Positions 14,928 to 23,999 of a stretch of 32,000 nt of DNA are shown here, piece after piece. The notes beneath the pieces were generated by a model. It ran no database searches. It saw only the letters and a list, made by a program, of their open reading frames with translations, and was not told where the DNA came from. The stretch is from Candidatus Methylomirabilis oxygeniifera. Lineage in GTDB: Bacteria; Methylomirabilota; Methylomirabilia; Methylomirabilales; Methylomirabilaceae. Location of the stretch: the NCBI GenBank assembly GCA_000091165.1, contig FP565575.1:1050001-1082000 (forward strand). The letters are read 5' to 3'. Each line of letters begins with the position of its first letter. The stretch's first letter is position 1. Position numbers and translations under genes: made by a program.

Positions 14928-15030
14928 CAAATACAAGGTGATGCTTTGAGGGGCTGTTGTAATGGATCTAACGGGGAAGGGAAGGCGGGAAGGGGCGTGA
15001 AGAAGCCGTTGAAGGGCAAGGAGGAATGCC

Positions 15031-15288
15031 ATGCCGGAGATGAAGGTCGGTTATGTCAAAGAGTATTTCGCCAAGGTAGGGGTGGCTGCAATTGAGATGA
15101 CCGAGGGCCATCTGTTGGTAGGTGACACCATCCACATCAAGGGCCATACGACCGAATTCACACAGCGAGTAGATTCGATCCAACTCGAACATCTGGCGCT
15201 CCAACAAGCGGAGCCTGGCCAGTTGATCGGAGTCAAAGTCCGCGAGCGTGTTCGCTCGCACGATCAAGTCTTCAAGGTTACAGAGTAG
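15031..15288 (+). CDS. Small translation-elongation-factor-like protein (EF-Tu domain 2-like beta barrel)
   Basis: AAGGAGGAATGCC lies before the ATG. The 85-aa product is MPEMKVGYVKEYFAKVGVAAIEMTEGHLLVGDTIHIKGHTTEFTQRVDSIQLEH..., which matches the family as I remember it. Confidence 0.75.
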   Translation: MPEMKVGYVKEYFAKVGVAAIEMTEGHLLVGDTIHIKGHTTEFTQRVDSIQLEHLALQQAEPGQLIGVKVRERVRSHDQVFKVTE

Positions 15289-15534
15289 GAAGCAGCCGCC
15301 GGTCTGAAGCGGGTACCCGCCCTCACTGTCGTTACTGACCGTACGCGCGATGATAGATCTGCGTTCTATCGCGCTTCCGCGTTGACGCCCACGTAAAGAG
15401 TTTGACTTTTGTTTGCAGATCACGTAAGTATGTAAGTGCTTACTTAATGTACTACCTTGCGGCAAGCCGCGAGGAATGAACTCCTAGTGGACTCTAACTT
15501 ATCGGTTGCCATATCGCGTCATAGAGGAGCCAAG

Positions 15535-16137
15535 ATGAAAGAACGCCTGAGCGCCGAAGAGCGGCGGCGGCAGATTGTCGAGGCGGCGGTGGGGCTGTTC
15601 TCGCGGAAGGGATTCAGGGGGACCAGGACGCGCGAGATCGCTGAGGCTGCCGGCATCAGCGAGGCGATGATCTACAGGCATTTCGCGACGAAGCGTGAAC
15701 TGTACTTCGCGATTATCGAGACGAAATCCGCAACGGAGGAGCTGCTGGCGAGCGCAGCGACAGCCGCGAAAGGGAAAGATGATGCGGGCGTCCTTCGGGC
15801 GGTAGGCCTGAAGATGATCGAGCAGACGGAAGCTGACCCGAGCCTCATGCGGCTCCTGCTGTTCAGCGCCCTTGAAGGACATGAACTGTCCCAGATCTTC
15901 TTCGACTCGCGAGTCAAAAGACTGCATCAGTTTCTCAGCCGGTACATTCGTGGCCGGATCAAGGAAGGGCGATTCCGGTCGATGGATGCGCTGGTCGCGG
16001 CCCGCGGGTTCATCGGGATGATTGTCCATTATTTATTGATCCACGAGCTGTTCGGGATAAAACGCCCTCTCCGGTCCTCGCCGGAACAGGTCGTAGAGCT
16101 TTTCGTATCCGTCTTTCTGAAAGGGATCGAGCGATGA
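15535..16137 (+). CDS. TetR/AcrR family transcriptional regulator
   Basis: AGAGGAG lies before the ATG. The N-terminal HTH is RRRQIVEAAVGLFSRKGFRGTRTREIAEAAGISEAMIYRHFATKRELY. Its stop overlaps the next gene's start (ATGA). A small palindrome GTAAG-TG-CTTAC at 15432-15443 upstream is a possible operator. Confidence 0.9.
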   Translation: MKERLSAEERRRQIVEAAVGLFSRKGFRGTRTREIAEAAGISEAMIYRHFATKRELYFAIIETKSATEELLASAATAAKGKDDAGVLRAVGLKMIEQTEADPSLMRLLLFSALEGHELSQIFFDSRVKRLHQFLSRYIRGRIKEGRFRSMDALVAARGFIGMIVHYLLIHELFGIKRPLRSSPEQVVELFVSVFLKGIER

Positions 16138-17357
16138 GATGCCGGTTCGTGGCTCGAAGTTGTGGGCTCCTACTGCTTCTACTGCCGCCCCTCTTGGGCT
16201 GTTCCCGGGAGCAGGCTGCCAACGGCGCCCCGGCCGTGGCGAAGGAGCAGAGCCTCGCGATTACCGTGACCCCCGTCGAGGCGAGGACTGTGATACGACG
16301 CGTAGAGGTCGTCGGCACCCTCGAAGCGGACGAGGAGGTGATGGTCTACGGCCAGGTATCAGGGTCTGTGGAGAGAATCCTGGTTGACCTGGGGGACCGG
16401 GTAAGGGCAGGGCAGCCGCTGCTTCAACTCGACCAGGCGGACTTGCAGTTGCAGGTCGGAAAGGCCGAGGCGATTCTCCGTCAAACGCGAACGAGGCTCG
16501 GCGCGATGAATGGTGGAGATATGCTACCTGACGATCAGCAGCCGGTGGTTCGTCAGGCCAAGGCCAACTCTGATGACGCTGCCCTGTGGTATGAGCGGAT
16601 GCGGAGCCTGTATAAGGAAGGTGCTGTCTCCCGGAACGATCTGGATACCGCCCTGGCGAAGTCTCAAGCCTTGCAGGCGGCGCTTGATAGCGCCATGAGT
16701 CAGGTCAGGGCGCTTGCCGATCAACTCAGGGAGCAGCAGGCCGCGTTGGACCTCGCTCGTCGGAACCTCCAGTATACGGTAATCCGGGCTCCTATCGATG
16801 GCTCGATCAAAGAACGAAACGTTTCCGCGGGTCAGTACATTGCCGGCGGCAGCATGCAGAATACTAAGCTGTTGACCCTCGTCCGTGACGATCCTTTGAA
16901 GCTGAAAGCGTCGGTGCCGGAGCGGTTCCAGGGACAGATCCGGCCGGGCCAGGAGGTAAAGGTCCAGGTCGAGGCCTATCCGGGCCGCGAATTCAGCGGG
17001 ACAGCGAAGCGAGTTGGCCCGGCTGTTTTTACCGACACTCGGACGTTTCCGATTGAGGCACGAGTGCCTAACCGTGAGGGGTTGTTGAAGCCGGGCTCCT
17101 TCGCCAAGGTGCGGATCCAGATCCGGGTTGACCGCGCCATTCCCTTTGTTCCGGAGGATGCCGTCTATTATTTTGTGGGAATCACCAAGGCGTTCGTGGT
17201 TACGGACGGTGTCGCCCAAGAGCGACAGATCACGGTCGGCGAGCGCCAGGATGGGCTGGTTGAGATCGTTGAGGGACTTCAACCGGGGGAGCAGGTAGCC
17301 ACCTCGCGCTTGAGTCAACTGTTCGGCGGCGCCACAGTTCAGGTGATGGCGAAATAA
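16134..17357 (+). CDS. RND efflux periplasmic adaptor (membrane fusion protein), lipoprotein
   Basis: Lipobox LLGC after a hydrophobic signal. It has coiled-coil, lipoyl and beta-barrel architecture (RAPIDGSIKERNVSAGQYI) and sits in an operon with an RND pump. Confidence 0.9.
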   Translation: MRCRFVARSCGLLLLLLPPLLGCSREQAANGAPAVAKEQSLAITVTPVEARTVIRRVEVVGTLEADEEVMVYGQVSGSVERILVDLGDRVRAGQPLLQLDQADLQLQVGKAEAILRQTRTRLGAMNGGDMLPDDQQPVVRQAKANSDDAALWYERMRSLYKEGAVSRNDLDTALAKSQALQAALDSAMSQVRALADQLREQQAALDLARRNLQYTVIRAPIDGSIKERNVSAGQYIAGGSMQNTKLLTLVRDDPLKLKASVPERFQGQIRPGQEVKVQVEAYPGREFSGTAKRVGPAVFTDTRTFPIEARVPNREGLLKPGSFAKVRIQIRVDRAIPFVPEDAVYYFVGITKAFVVTDGVAQERQITVGERQDGLVEIVEGLQPGEQVATSRLSQLFGGATVQVMAK

Positions 17358-17359
17358 CC

Positions 17360-20300
17360 ATGTCCCTGATTGATATCTGCGTCAAACGGCCGGTCTTTGC
17401 CACGATGCTGATCGTCTCCCTTGTTGTCATGGGGCTGGTGTCATTCAGGGAGTTGGGACTCGATGTCTTCCCCAAGGTAGATATGCCCACCGTGACTATC
17501 ACGACGAGGCTCCCAGGGGCCAGTCCGGAGGAGATCGAGAGCAATATCACGAAGCGGATTGAGGAAGCCGTGAACACGATCAACGGGATCGATGAACTCC
17601 GGTCCACCACTCTCGAAGGGCAGTCGCAGGTCTTCGTGACGTTTGTCCTGGAGCGTAAGATCGACGAGGCGGCCAACGATGTCCGGGAAAAGGTGGCGAC
17701 GGTTGTCTCGGAGTTCCCGCAGGGCACCGAGGCCCCGGCTATCGAGAAGTTCGACCCCGACTCGGCTCCGATTCTGGCGATTGTTGTCTCCGGCAAGCGC
17801 TCGGCCCGCGAGATTACGGAGCTTGCCGACAAGAAGATCAAGCGGCAACTCGAAACCGTCAAGGATATCGGAGCGGTCACGCTTGTCGGCGACCGGAAGC
17901 GAGAGATCCAGCTTGTCGTGGATCCCCATCGCCTCGAGGCCTATAACCTCTCGATCCAACAGATCAAGACGGCTGTCCAGCGTCAGAACGTTGAGGTCCC
18001 CGGAGGCAACATCACCTGGCAGGCGCGGGAGCAGGGGCTCCGAACGCTGGGCCGAATCGAGCGGGCTGCCGACTTCAGCGATCTCATCGTTGCCGATTAC
18101 AAGGGCGCCCCCGTCCGGATTCGAGACATCGGCTCCGCGCTGGACGGCGAAGAGGAACCTCGAACTCTCTCCCGTCTTGACGGCAAGAGCGCTGTTTCCC
18201 TCCTGGTCCAGAAGCAGTCCGGGACCAATACCGTAGCTGTGGTCGATCTGGTCAAGGCGAAGCTGCAAGAGATTCAAGCGACCCTGCCGCCTGATGTGGA
18301 GTTCCAGGTGGTGCGCGACGTGTCGCGGTTCATCAAGCGCTCGATTGCGGAAGTGGAAGAGCACCTGATGCTGGGCGGGCTGCTGGCCAGCCTGATCGTA
18401 GCCTTCTTCATCGGACGCCTCGTGCGGCGAGAGCAGATCGTCATGGGGATATTGCTTGGAGGCCTTACTCTGGCGTTCTTCTATGGCGATCCGGAGCTAT
18501 TGCGCGTCGTCGTGGTCGGGTCGATTGCTGTGACCCTGGTCCTCTTCCTCTTCATCCCGCGCCTTCGGCCCGCCTTCATCGCCGCGATCTCGATCCCCGT
18601 CTCGATCATTGCCACGTTTACCATCATGCGGGTGGCGGGCTTTACTCTGAACAATCTTACGATGCTGGGCCTTTCGCTTTCTACCGGGATCGTCATCGAC
18701 GATGCCATCATTGTGTTGGAAAATATCTTCCGCCACATCGAGGAGGAAGGGCGCCCTCCGATGGAGGCGGCGGTGACCGGTGCGAAGGAGATTGTCCTGG
18801 CTGTTATGGCTACCACTATCTCGCTGGTAGTCATCTTTCTTCCTGTCGCCTTCATGGGGGGGCTCGTGGGACGGTTCTGGAACAGCTTTGGTCTGACGGC
18901 CACCTTCGCTATCCTCGTTTCGCTGCTGGTGGCGTTCACCCTGACCCCGATGCTCTCCGCCCGGATGCTGAAGCGTGTGGTGAACTCGGTCGAACCATCG
19001 AAGGAACTCGGCGAAGGCCATGGCGGACATCGACAGCACGATCAGGGATCTAAGGCGGCGCGCGTCTATGCCTTTCTGGAGCGCAACTACGACCGGCTCC
19101 TTGTCTGGTGTCTGAACCACCGGGCGGCCGTCCTGCTGTTGGCTGTCTTACTGATGTGTTCTACTGTGCTGATCGGTAGGCAGATGAAACCGGATTTTGT
19201 TGTTGATGACGACATGAGCGAATTCGAGGTGATCGTCGAGACCCCGTCCGGCTCCTCACTCGACCGCAGCGACGGGATCCTGCGACGGCTGGAGGCCGAT
19301 CTGAAGAGCATCCCTGAGGTGCAACACTTGTTTACCACCATCGGGGTTCGAGGCAAGGACCGGGCCAATATCACCGACGCCTCGATTTATGTCGGGCTTG
19401 CGCACTTGCGCGAACGAAGACGGTCGCAGGAGGCGATCATGCAAGAGGTCCGACAGATGTTCAGGGCCTATCCGGACCTAAGAATCAGTGCGCAACAGAT
19501 CGGGCTGATCTCAGGCGGCGGCTTCAAGCAGACCCCATTCAACCTCGTACTTCGCGGCCCGGACCTGCAGCAGCTCGACGGCTACGCCCAGGCTCTCATT
19601 AAGCGCCTGACCGCAGTCCCTGGATTCGTAGACGTAGACACCAGCCAGGCCCAGCGGCGGCCTGAGGTGCAGGTCTGGATCGATCGGCAGAAGGCGTCGG
19701 ACCTGGAGATCAGGGCGGAGGATGTTGCGCTTGCGCTCCGGACGATGGTGGGTGGAGAGAAGGTCGGTTTCTACCGGGAGGCAGGTGAGCAGTACGACGT
19801 CCGCCTGCGGCTCGAGGACGACTACCGGAAAGATGCATCCGTCATCTCGGCTTTGACGGTGCCGACCGCTGCCAACCGGCTGGTGAAGCTGAACAATGTC
19901 GTACATCTGAATCAAGGACGGGCGCCGGCGCAGATCGATCGCTATGCCCAGGAGCGACAGATCACGGTTCAAGCGAATCTCTACCAGATACCGCTGGGAG
20001 AGGCGACCGCCCAGGCCGATGAGGCCATCAAAGCGGTCGGGATGCCTTCCGGCTATTCGACCGCGTACCTTGGGCGGGGTAAGTTGATGGCGGAGGCATT
20101 TTACAACTTTGCCATTGCCTTTGTCCTCTCCATCGCGTTCATCTACATCGTCCTCGCAGCCCAGTTTGAGAGTTTCGTTCACCCGATCACCATCATGGTC
20201 TCGATGTTCCTGTCGATTCCCTTCGGGCTGGTGAGCCTCCTGATCGCGGGCCAGACGCTGAATATTTATAGCGTCATGGGCCTCTTTCTCCTGATGGGGG

Positions 20301-20662
20301 TAGTGAAGAAAAACGCTATCCTCCAGGTAGATTACACCAATGTATTGCGCGCGCGCGGCAAGGCGCGCGACGAGGCGCAACTGGAGGCTGACCGTGCGCG
20401 ACTACGGCCGATCCTCATGACGACGCTCGCGATTATTGCCGGGATGCTGCCGGTTGCGTTAGGGAAGGGGGATGGCGCCGCCTCCAGGGCTTCCCTTGCA
20501 ACGGCCGTCGTCGGCGGGCAGACCCTCTGCCTCCTGATCACGCTGCTGGTGACCCCGGTCATCTACTCGTACTTCGACGATCTCCGCGGACTCCGGGTCG
20601 TCTCGCGGCTGTATGAGTGTCGCGTGTGGGCGCGGCTGCGGGGAGTTGAAGACAGGGTCTAG
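17360..20662 (+). CDS. RND family efflux permease (AcrB/HAE-type)
   Basis: 1100 aa, 12-TM and two-large-loop architecture. The N-terminus is MSLIDICVKRPVFATMLIVSLVVMGLVSF, followed by DDAIIVLENIFRH. No outer-membrane factor gene follows. Confidence 0.95.
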   Translation: MSLIDICVKRPVFATMLIVSLVVMGLVSFRELGLDVFPKVDMPTVTITTRLPGASPEEIESNITKRIEEAVNTINGIDELRSTTLEGQSQVFVTFVLERKIDEAANDVREKVATVVSEFPQGTEAPAIEKFDPDSAPILAIVVSGKRSAREITELADKKIKRQLETVKDIGAVTLVGDRKREIQLVVDPHRLEAYNLSIQQIKTAVQRQNVEVPGGNITWQAREQGLRTLGRIERAADFSDLIVADYKGAPVRIRDIGSALDGEEEPRTLSRLDGKSAVSLLVQKQSGTNTVAVVDLVKAKLQEIQATLPPDVEFQVVRDVSRFIKRSIAEVEEHLMLGGLLASLIVAFFIGRLVRREQIVMGILLGGLTLAFFYGDPELLRVVVVGSIAVTLVLFLFIPRLRPAFIAAISIPVSIIATFTIMRVAGFTLNNLTMLGLSLSTGIVIDDAIIVLENIFRHIEEEGRPPMEAAVTGAKEIVLAVMATTISLVVIFLPVAFMGGLVGRFWNSFGLTATFAILVSLLVAFTLTPMLSARMLKRVVNSVEPSKELGEGHGGHRQHDQGSKAARVYAFLERNYDRLLVWCLNHRAAVLLLAVLLMCSTVLIGRQMKPDFVVDDDMSEFEVIVETPSGSSLDRSDGILRRLEADLKSIPEVQHLFTTIGVRGKDRANITDASIYVGLAHLRERRRSQEAIMQEVRQMFRAYPDLRISAQQIGLISGGGFKQTPFNLVLRGPDLQQLDGYAQALIKRLTAVPGFVDVDTSQAQRRPEVQVWIDRQKASDLEIRAEDVALALRTMVGGEKVGFYREAGEQYDVRLRLEDDYRKDASVISALTVPTAANRLVKLNNVVHLNQGRAPAQIDRYAQERQITVQANLYQIPLGEATAQADEAIKAVGMPSGYSTAYLGRGKLMAEAFYNFAIAFVLSIAFIYIVLAAQFESFVHPITIMVSMFLSIPFGLVSLLIAGQTLNIYSVMGLFLLMGVVKKNAILQVDYTNVLRARGKARDEAQLEADRARLRPILMTTLAIIAGMLPVALGKGDGAASRASLATAVVGGQTLCLLITLLVTPVIYSYFDDLRGLRVVSRLYECRVWARLRGVEDRV

Positions 20663-20669
20663 CAGATTC

Positions 20670-20714
20670 TGTTGGGCCTGTTGGGTTTGTTGGGCCTATT
20701 GGGTTTGTTGGGTT
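20670..20714. repeat. Five tandem 9-bp units TGTTGGGYY
   Basis: TGTTGGGCC TGTTGGGTT TGTTGGGCC TATTGGGTT TGTTGGGTT, read directly. It starts 8 nt after the RND stop and ends 25 nt before the next gene's start. Confidence 0.85.
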
Positions 20715-20739
20715 TGATCGACCCTAGTTGGAGGCAAAG

Positions 20740-21021
20740 ATGGAACTAACGCGGCGGCAGGAGATCATGGCGATGCTTCGCGACGGCGAGTGGACGCTGG
20801 ATGAGCTGGCCAGGAACTTCGTGGTGCCCAAAAAGGTGATCATCGATGACCTCCAACATATCGCTCGCACTGTAACCCGTCCATTCCGCCTGCTTATTCA
20901 TCCGCCGACCTGTGATGATTGCGGTTATCGCTTCAAAGACAGAGCCAGGTTCAGCGATCCGTCCCGCTGTCCAATGTGCAAGAACGAACACCTCGCCCCA
21001 CAACGATTCCGGATCGCCTGA
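20740..21021 (+). CDS. Small regulator: winged-HTH fused to a C-terminal zinc ribbon (COG3357-like)
   Basis: GGAGGCAAAG lies before the ATG. The product is MELTRRQEIMAMLRDGEWTLDELARNF...IIDDLQHIARTV...PPTCDDCGYRFKDRARFSDPSRCPMCKNEHLAPQRFRI (CxxC...CxxC). Confidence 0.65.
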   Translation: MELTRRQEIMAMLRDGEWTLDELARNFVVPKKVIIDDLQHIARTVTRPFRLLIHPPTCDDCGYRFKDRARFSDPSRCPMCKNEHLAPQRFRIA

Positions 21022-21109
21022 TACGCTGCACGCCGCTATCCGCTCCAGGGCCTATCTCTTGCCCTACACCCTACACCCTGTCGTGAGATGCGAGGCGCCG
21101 AAGAAAGGC

Positions 21110-21138
21110 TTGGCGACGGCGCAGGAACTGTCTATAAT
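21110..21138 (+). promoter_or_regulatory. Candidate sigma70 promoter for queF
   Basis: TTGGCG, a 17-nt spacer, then TATAAT. The -10 element ends only 14 nt before the queF ATG. Confidence 0.45.
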
Positions 21139-21152
21139 GGCGGACAACAGCC

Positions 21153-21518
21153 ATGCCCACCCAACCATCAAAAGCGCTTGACACATTTGCCAATCCGGAA
21201 CCGGGGCGCGATTATGAGATTCGGATGATCTGCCCCGAGTTTACCTGCCTCTGCCCGAAGACCGGCCAACCGGATTTCGCGACCCTCACGCTGACCTATG
21301 TCCCGGACCGGTTGTGTATCGAGTTGAAGTCGCTCAAGCTCTATCTCTGGTCCTTCCGGAACGAGGGCCACTTCCATGAGGCCGTAACCAACCGGATCCT
21401 GGACGACCTCGTGAAGGCATGCCGGCCGCGCTCCATGAAGTTGATCGCCGACTTCTATATTCGAGGCGGCATCCATACGATCATTACCGTGACGCATCAG
21501 ACTGACGACCGAAGGTGA
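21153..21518 (+). CDS. queF: NADPH-dependent 7-cyano-7-deazaguanine (preQ0) reductase, type I
   Basis: 121 aa. It has the catalytic Cys context [16 protein letters not shown] and the QueF motif [20 protein letters not shown]. Confidence 0.9.
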   Translation: MPTQPSKALDTFANPEPGRDYEIRMICPEFTCLCPKTGQPDFATLTLTYVPDRLCIELKSLKLYLWSFRNEGHFHEAVTNRILDDLVKACRPRSMKLIADFYIRGGIHTIITVTHQTDDRR

Positions 21519-21720
21519 TCTTTGGTGCCGGTCGTCGATGATGGGGCTATACCGCTTGAGCTTCTAACCCGACGGTAGCCAGACGGCCCGGTGTCAAGCT
21601 ATCCGGACTACCTCTCTCTGAGACTCCGCGACATTTCGGCCATCGCAACACTTCCTATCCTGAAGGCAACATCTAATCTAACGTCAGTATTCTCAATCGC
21701 ATAAGAGCGTTAGAAACCAT

Positions 21721-21750
21721 TTGACATCGTATGCTTGAATACCCTATTGT
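21721..21750 (+). promoter_or_regulatory. Candidate sigma70 promoter upstream of the TonB-dependent receptor (long leader)
   Basis: TTGACA, an 18-nt spacer, then TATTGT in an AT-rich intergenic region. It would give a 5' UTR of about 155 nt. Confidence 0.3.
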
Positions 21751-21914
21751 TTTCTTTCTCCAGATAAGTGTAACGACGCGTCGAAAATAATATCGGCCCT
21801 TCTGCGATCCGTCTGAGGCAGAGCGCCTGTTGATTCGGGATATGGAGGGACAAGGGTCTCTCAAGGGATGACCGGGCTCAGCATTGTGCGCCGGCGCGGC
21901 TAAAGGGGGTGAAC

Positions 21915-23996
21915 ATGACCGAGTGTAAGCGACTGTCCCGGAAGCGAGCCGGACGTCGGACGATCCTCGTGAGTCGGCCGATAGCCTGGGCGGCATGGAC
22001 GTTCGTGCTGACGTGGATTCTTATTGTCGGATCGGCTCACACCGCTTCCGCGGCTGTGAACCACCCAGGGGATCTGACGGAGCTCACGCTCGAACAGTTG
22101 ATGAACGTCGAGATCACGTCGGTCTCCAAGAAAGAAGAGCGGTTGTGGGAGAGCGCCGCGGCCGTGTTTGTCATCACCGGAGAGGATATCCGCCGCGCAG
22201 GGGTCAAGAGCATCCCGGAGGCGTTGCGCCTGGCGCCCGGCCTTCAGGTGGCCCAGTTCGGTTCAAACCGATGGGCCATCTCCGCTCGCGGCTTCAATGC
22301 GACCTTTTCGAATAAACTCCTGGTTCTGATAGATGGACGGAGCGTCTATACACCGCTGTTCGCCGGGGTCTTCTGGGATGTGCAGGATACCCTCCTGGAG
22401 GATATCGACCGGATCGAGGTCATCCGCGGACCTGGCGGGACACTCTGGGGCGCCAATGCGGTCAACGGTGTCATCAACGTCATCACGAAACGGGCGAAGG
22501 CCACACAGGGAGGCTACGTCGAGATCGGCGGGGGAAGCGAGGAACGCGGGTTCGTGGGAACGCGCTACGGCGGACAGGTGGGGGAAGATCTCTTCTATCG
22601 GGGCTACTTTAAGTACGCGAATCACGACAACCTGGTGACCGCCACCGGCCACGAGGGTAACGACGACTGGAGAACATACCGGGGCGGCTTCCGACTCGAC
22701 TGGGAGCCTTCCACTCGCGATACGCTGACGGTTCAGGGCGATCTGTATAAGGGCGATTTCGGTCAGACGCTTCCGGTTTCCTCCCTCTCTCCTCCTTTTA
22801 CGGTCAGCTCGGACAGTCGGGACGACTTTGCGGGAGGCAATGTCCTGACTCGCTGGAAACATAAGATGGCGGATCGTCGGGAGACAACCCTCCAGTTTTA
22901 TTACGACCGGACCCATCGTGACGAACTGCTGTTCCACGAGATACGGGATACCGTCGATCTCGAGTTTCAGTACCGCTTCCCCATCGGGACACGCCACGAC
23001 CTGATCTGGGGTATAGACACGCGCGTGACGATCGATGACATGAACAATAGTTCCTCGCTGGTCTTCACGCCGACCCACAGAACCGATCACCTGGTGAGCG
23101 GATTTATCCAGGACCAGATCGCGCTGATTCCGGATCGGCTGACACTGACCCTCGGGTCGAAGTTTGAGCATAACCCGTACTCCGGTTTCGAAGCCCAGCC
23201 GAACGCGCGGCTGCTGTACTCCCCCAACGAGTGGAATCGGGTCTGGGCTGCAATCTCGCGGGCAGTCCGGACACCCGCCCGATTCGAGCGAGATGTCCGG
23301 GTCAATGCGGCCGCCTTTCCTGGCCCTGGTGGGCTTCCTGTACTCGTCCAAACGATGGGCAACTCCGACTTTACCTCTGAGGAACTGCTGGCCTTCGAGT
23401 TGGGCTACCGGGTGCAGCCGAGCGAGTGGCTGTCAGTCGATTTGACCGGCTTCTACACGATCTACGATAAACTGAGGACGGCCGAACCCGGCGCCCCTAT
23501 CCCCGCGATGGACGCCACTCCCCCTCACGTCATCCAGCCCTTCCTATTCGACAACCGGATGTCCGGGAATACCTATGGTGTCGAGATCACCAGTGCCTGG
23601 CACCCTGTGAGCTTCTGGCGCCTGCATCTCAACTACTCCTACCTGAAGATCGATCTCCACCCCGATGCGACCAGTGTCGAGGGGACACAAGACCAGAGAC
23701 GTTCGCCGCGCCATCAGGTACAGGTGCGCTCTCTGCTCGACCTGCCCTGGCATCTTCAGTTTGATGCGTCGGCATTCTTTGTCGATCGCTTGCCTAAGTT
23801 GGAGCCGACTGTTCCGGCCTACCTGCGACTCGATCTCCGTCTGGGGTGGCGGCCGACGAACGCGTTCGAGCTGAGCCTGGTCGGCCAGAACCTCCTGGAT
23901 AACCGACACCCGGAGTGGGGGAGCATCTTCGGTGTTCCTGTGAGGCCGCTGGAGGTCCAGCGCAGCGTCTATGTGCAGGCGTCCTGGCGGTTCTGA
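21915..23996 (+). CDS. TonB-dependent outer-membrane receptor
   Basis: Signal peptide ending ...SAHTASA. Plug domain is EITSVSKKEERLWESAAAVFVITGEDIRRAGVKSIPEALRLAPGLQV...ISARGFN. A long beta-barrel ends ...YVQASWRF with a terminal aromatic residue. The ATG at 21915 follows AAAGGGGG. Confidence 0.9.
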   Translation: MTECKRLSRKRAGRRTILVSRPIAWAAWTFVLTWILIVGSAHTASAAVNHPGDLTELTLEQLMNVEITSVSKKEERLWESAAAVFVITGEDIRRAGVKSIPEALRLAPGLQVAQFGSNRWAISARGFNATFSNKLLVLIDGRSVYTPLFAGVFWDVQDTLLEDIDRIEVIRGPGGTLWGANAVNGVINVITKRAKATQGGYVEIGGGSEERGFVGTRYGGQVGEDLFYRGYFKYANHDNLVTATGHEGNDDWRTYRGGFRLDWEPSTRDTLTVQGDLYKGDFGQTLPVSSLSPPFTVSSDSRDDFAGGNVLTRWKHKMADRRETTLQFYYDRTHRDELLFHEIRDTVDLEFQYRFPIGTRHDLIWGIDTRVTIDDMNNSSSLVFTPTHRTDHLVSGFIQDQIALIPDRLTLTLGSKFEHNPYSGFEAQPNARLLYSPNEWNRVWAAISRAVRTPARFERDVRVNAAAFPGPGGLPVLVQTMGNSDFTSEELLAFELGYRVQPSEWLSVDLTGFYTIYDKLRTAEPGAPIPAMDATPPHVIQPFLFDNRMSGNTYGVEITSAWHPVSFWRLHLNYSYLKIDLHPDATSVEGTQDQRRSPRHQVQVRSLLDLPWHLQFDASAFFVDRLPKLEPTVPAYLRLDLRLGWRPTNAFELSLVGQNLLDNRHPEWGSIFGVPVRPLEVQRSVYVQASWRF

Positions 23997-23999
23997 TCT

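Noticed and set aside
14634-15032. 132-aa minus-strand ORF in the glgP / EF-like intergenic region
   Set aside because: Its sequence is a read-through of the GC-rich repeat units and of the purine-rich leader of the opposite-strand gene. It has no ribosome-binding site or recognisable domain.
15345-15374. Hairpin GCGCG(ATG)ATAG-ATCTGCGTT-CTATCGCGC downstream of the EF-like gene as an intrinsic terminator
   Set aside because: The stem is bulged and is not followed by a T-run. It cannot be called a terminator from sequence alone.
20670-20714. Possible CRISPR array, or translated (LLG)5 extension of the RND pump
   Set aside because: The units are 9 bp and contiguous with no spacers, so this is not CRISPR. 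An extension would require TAG readthrough, for which there is no evidence.
21022-21152. preQ1 riboswitch upstream of queF
   Set aside because: The candidate promoter leaves a leader of only a few nucleotides. I see no preQ1-I-like hairpin followed by an A-rich tail.
21751-21914. Cobalamin riboswitch or Fur box upstream of the TonB-dependent receptor
   Set aside because: There is no B12-box-like core (GCCACTG context) and no GATAATGATAATCATTATC-like 19-mer. Only generic GC palindromes are present.
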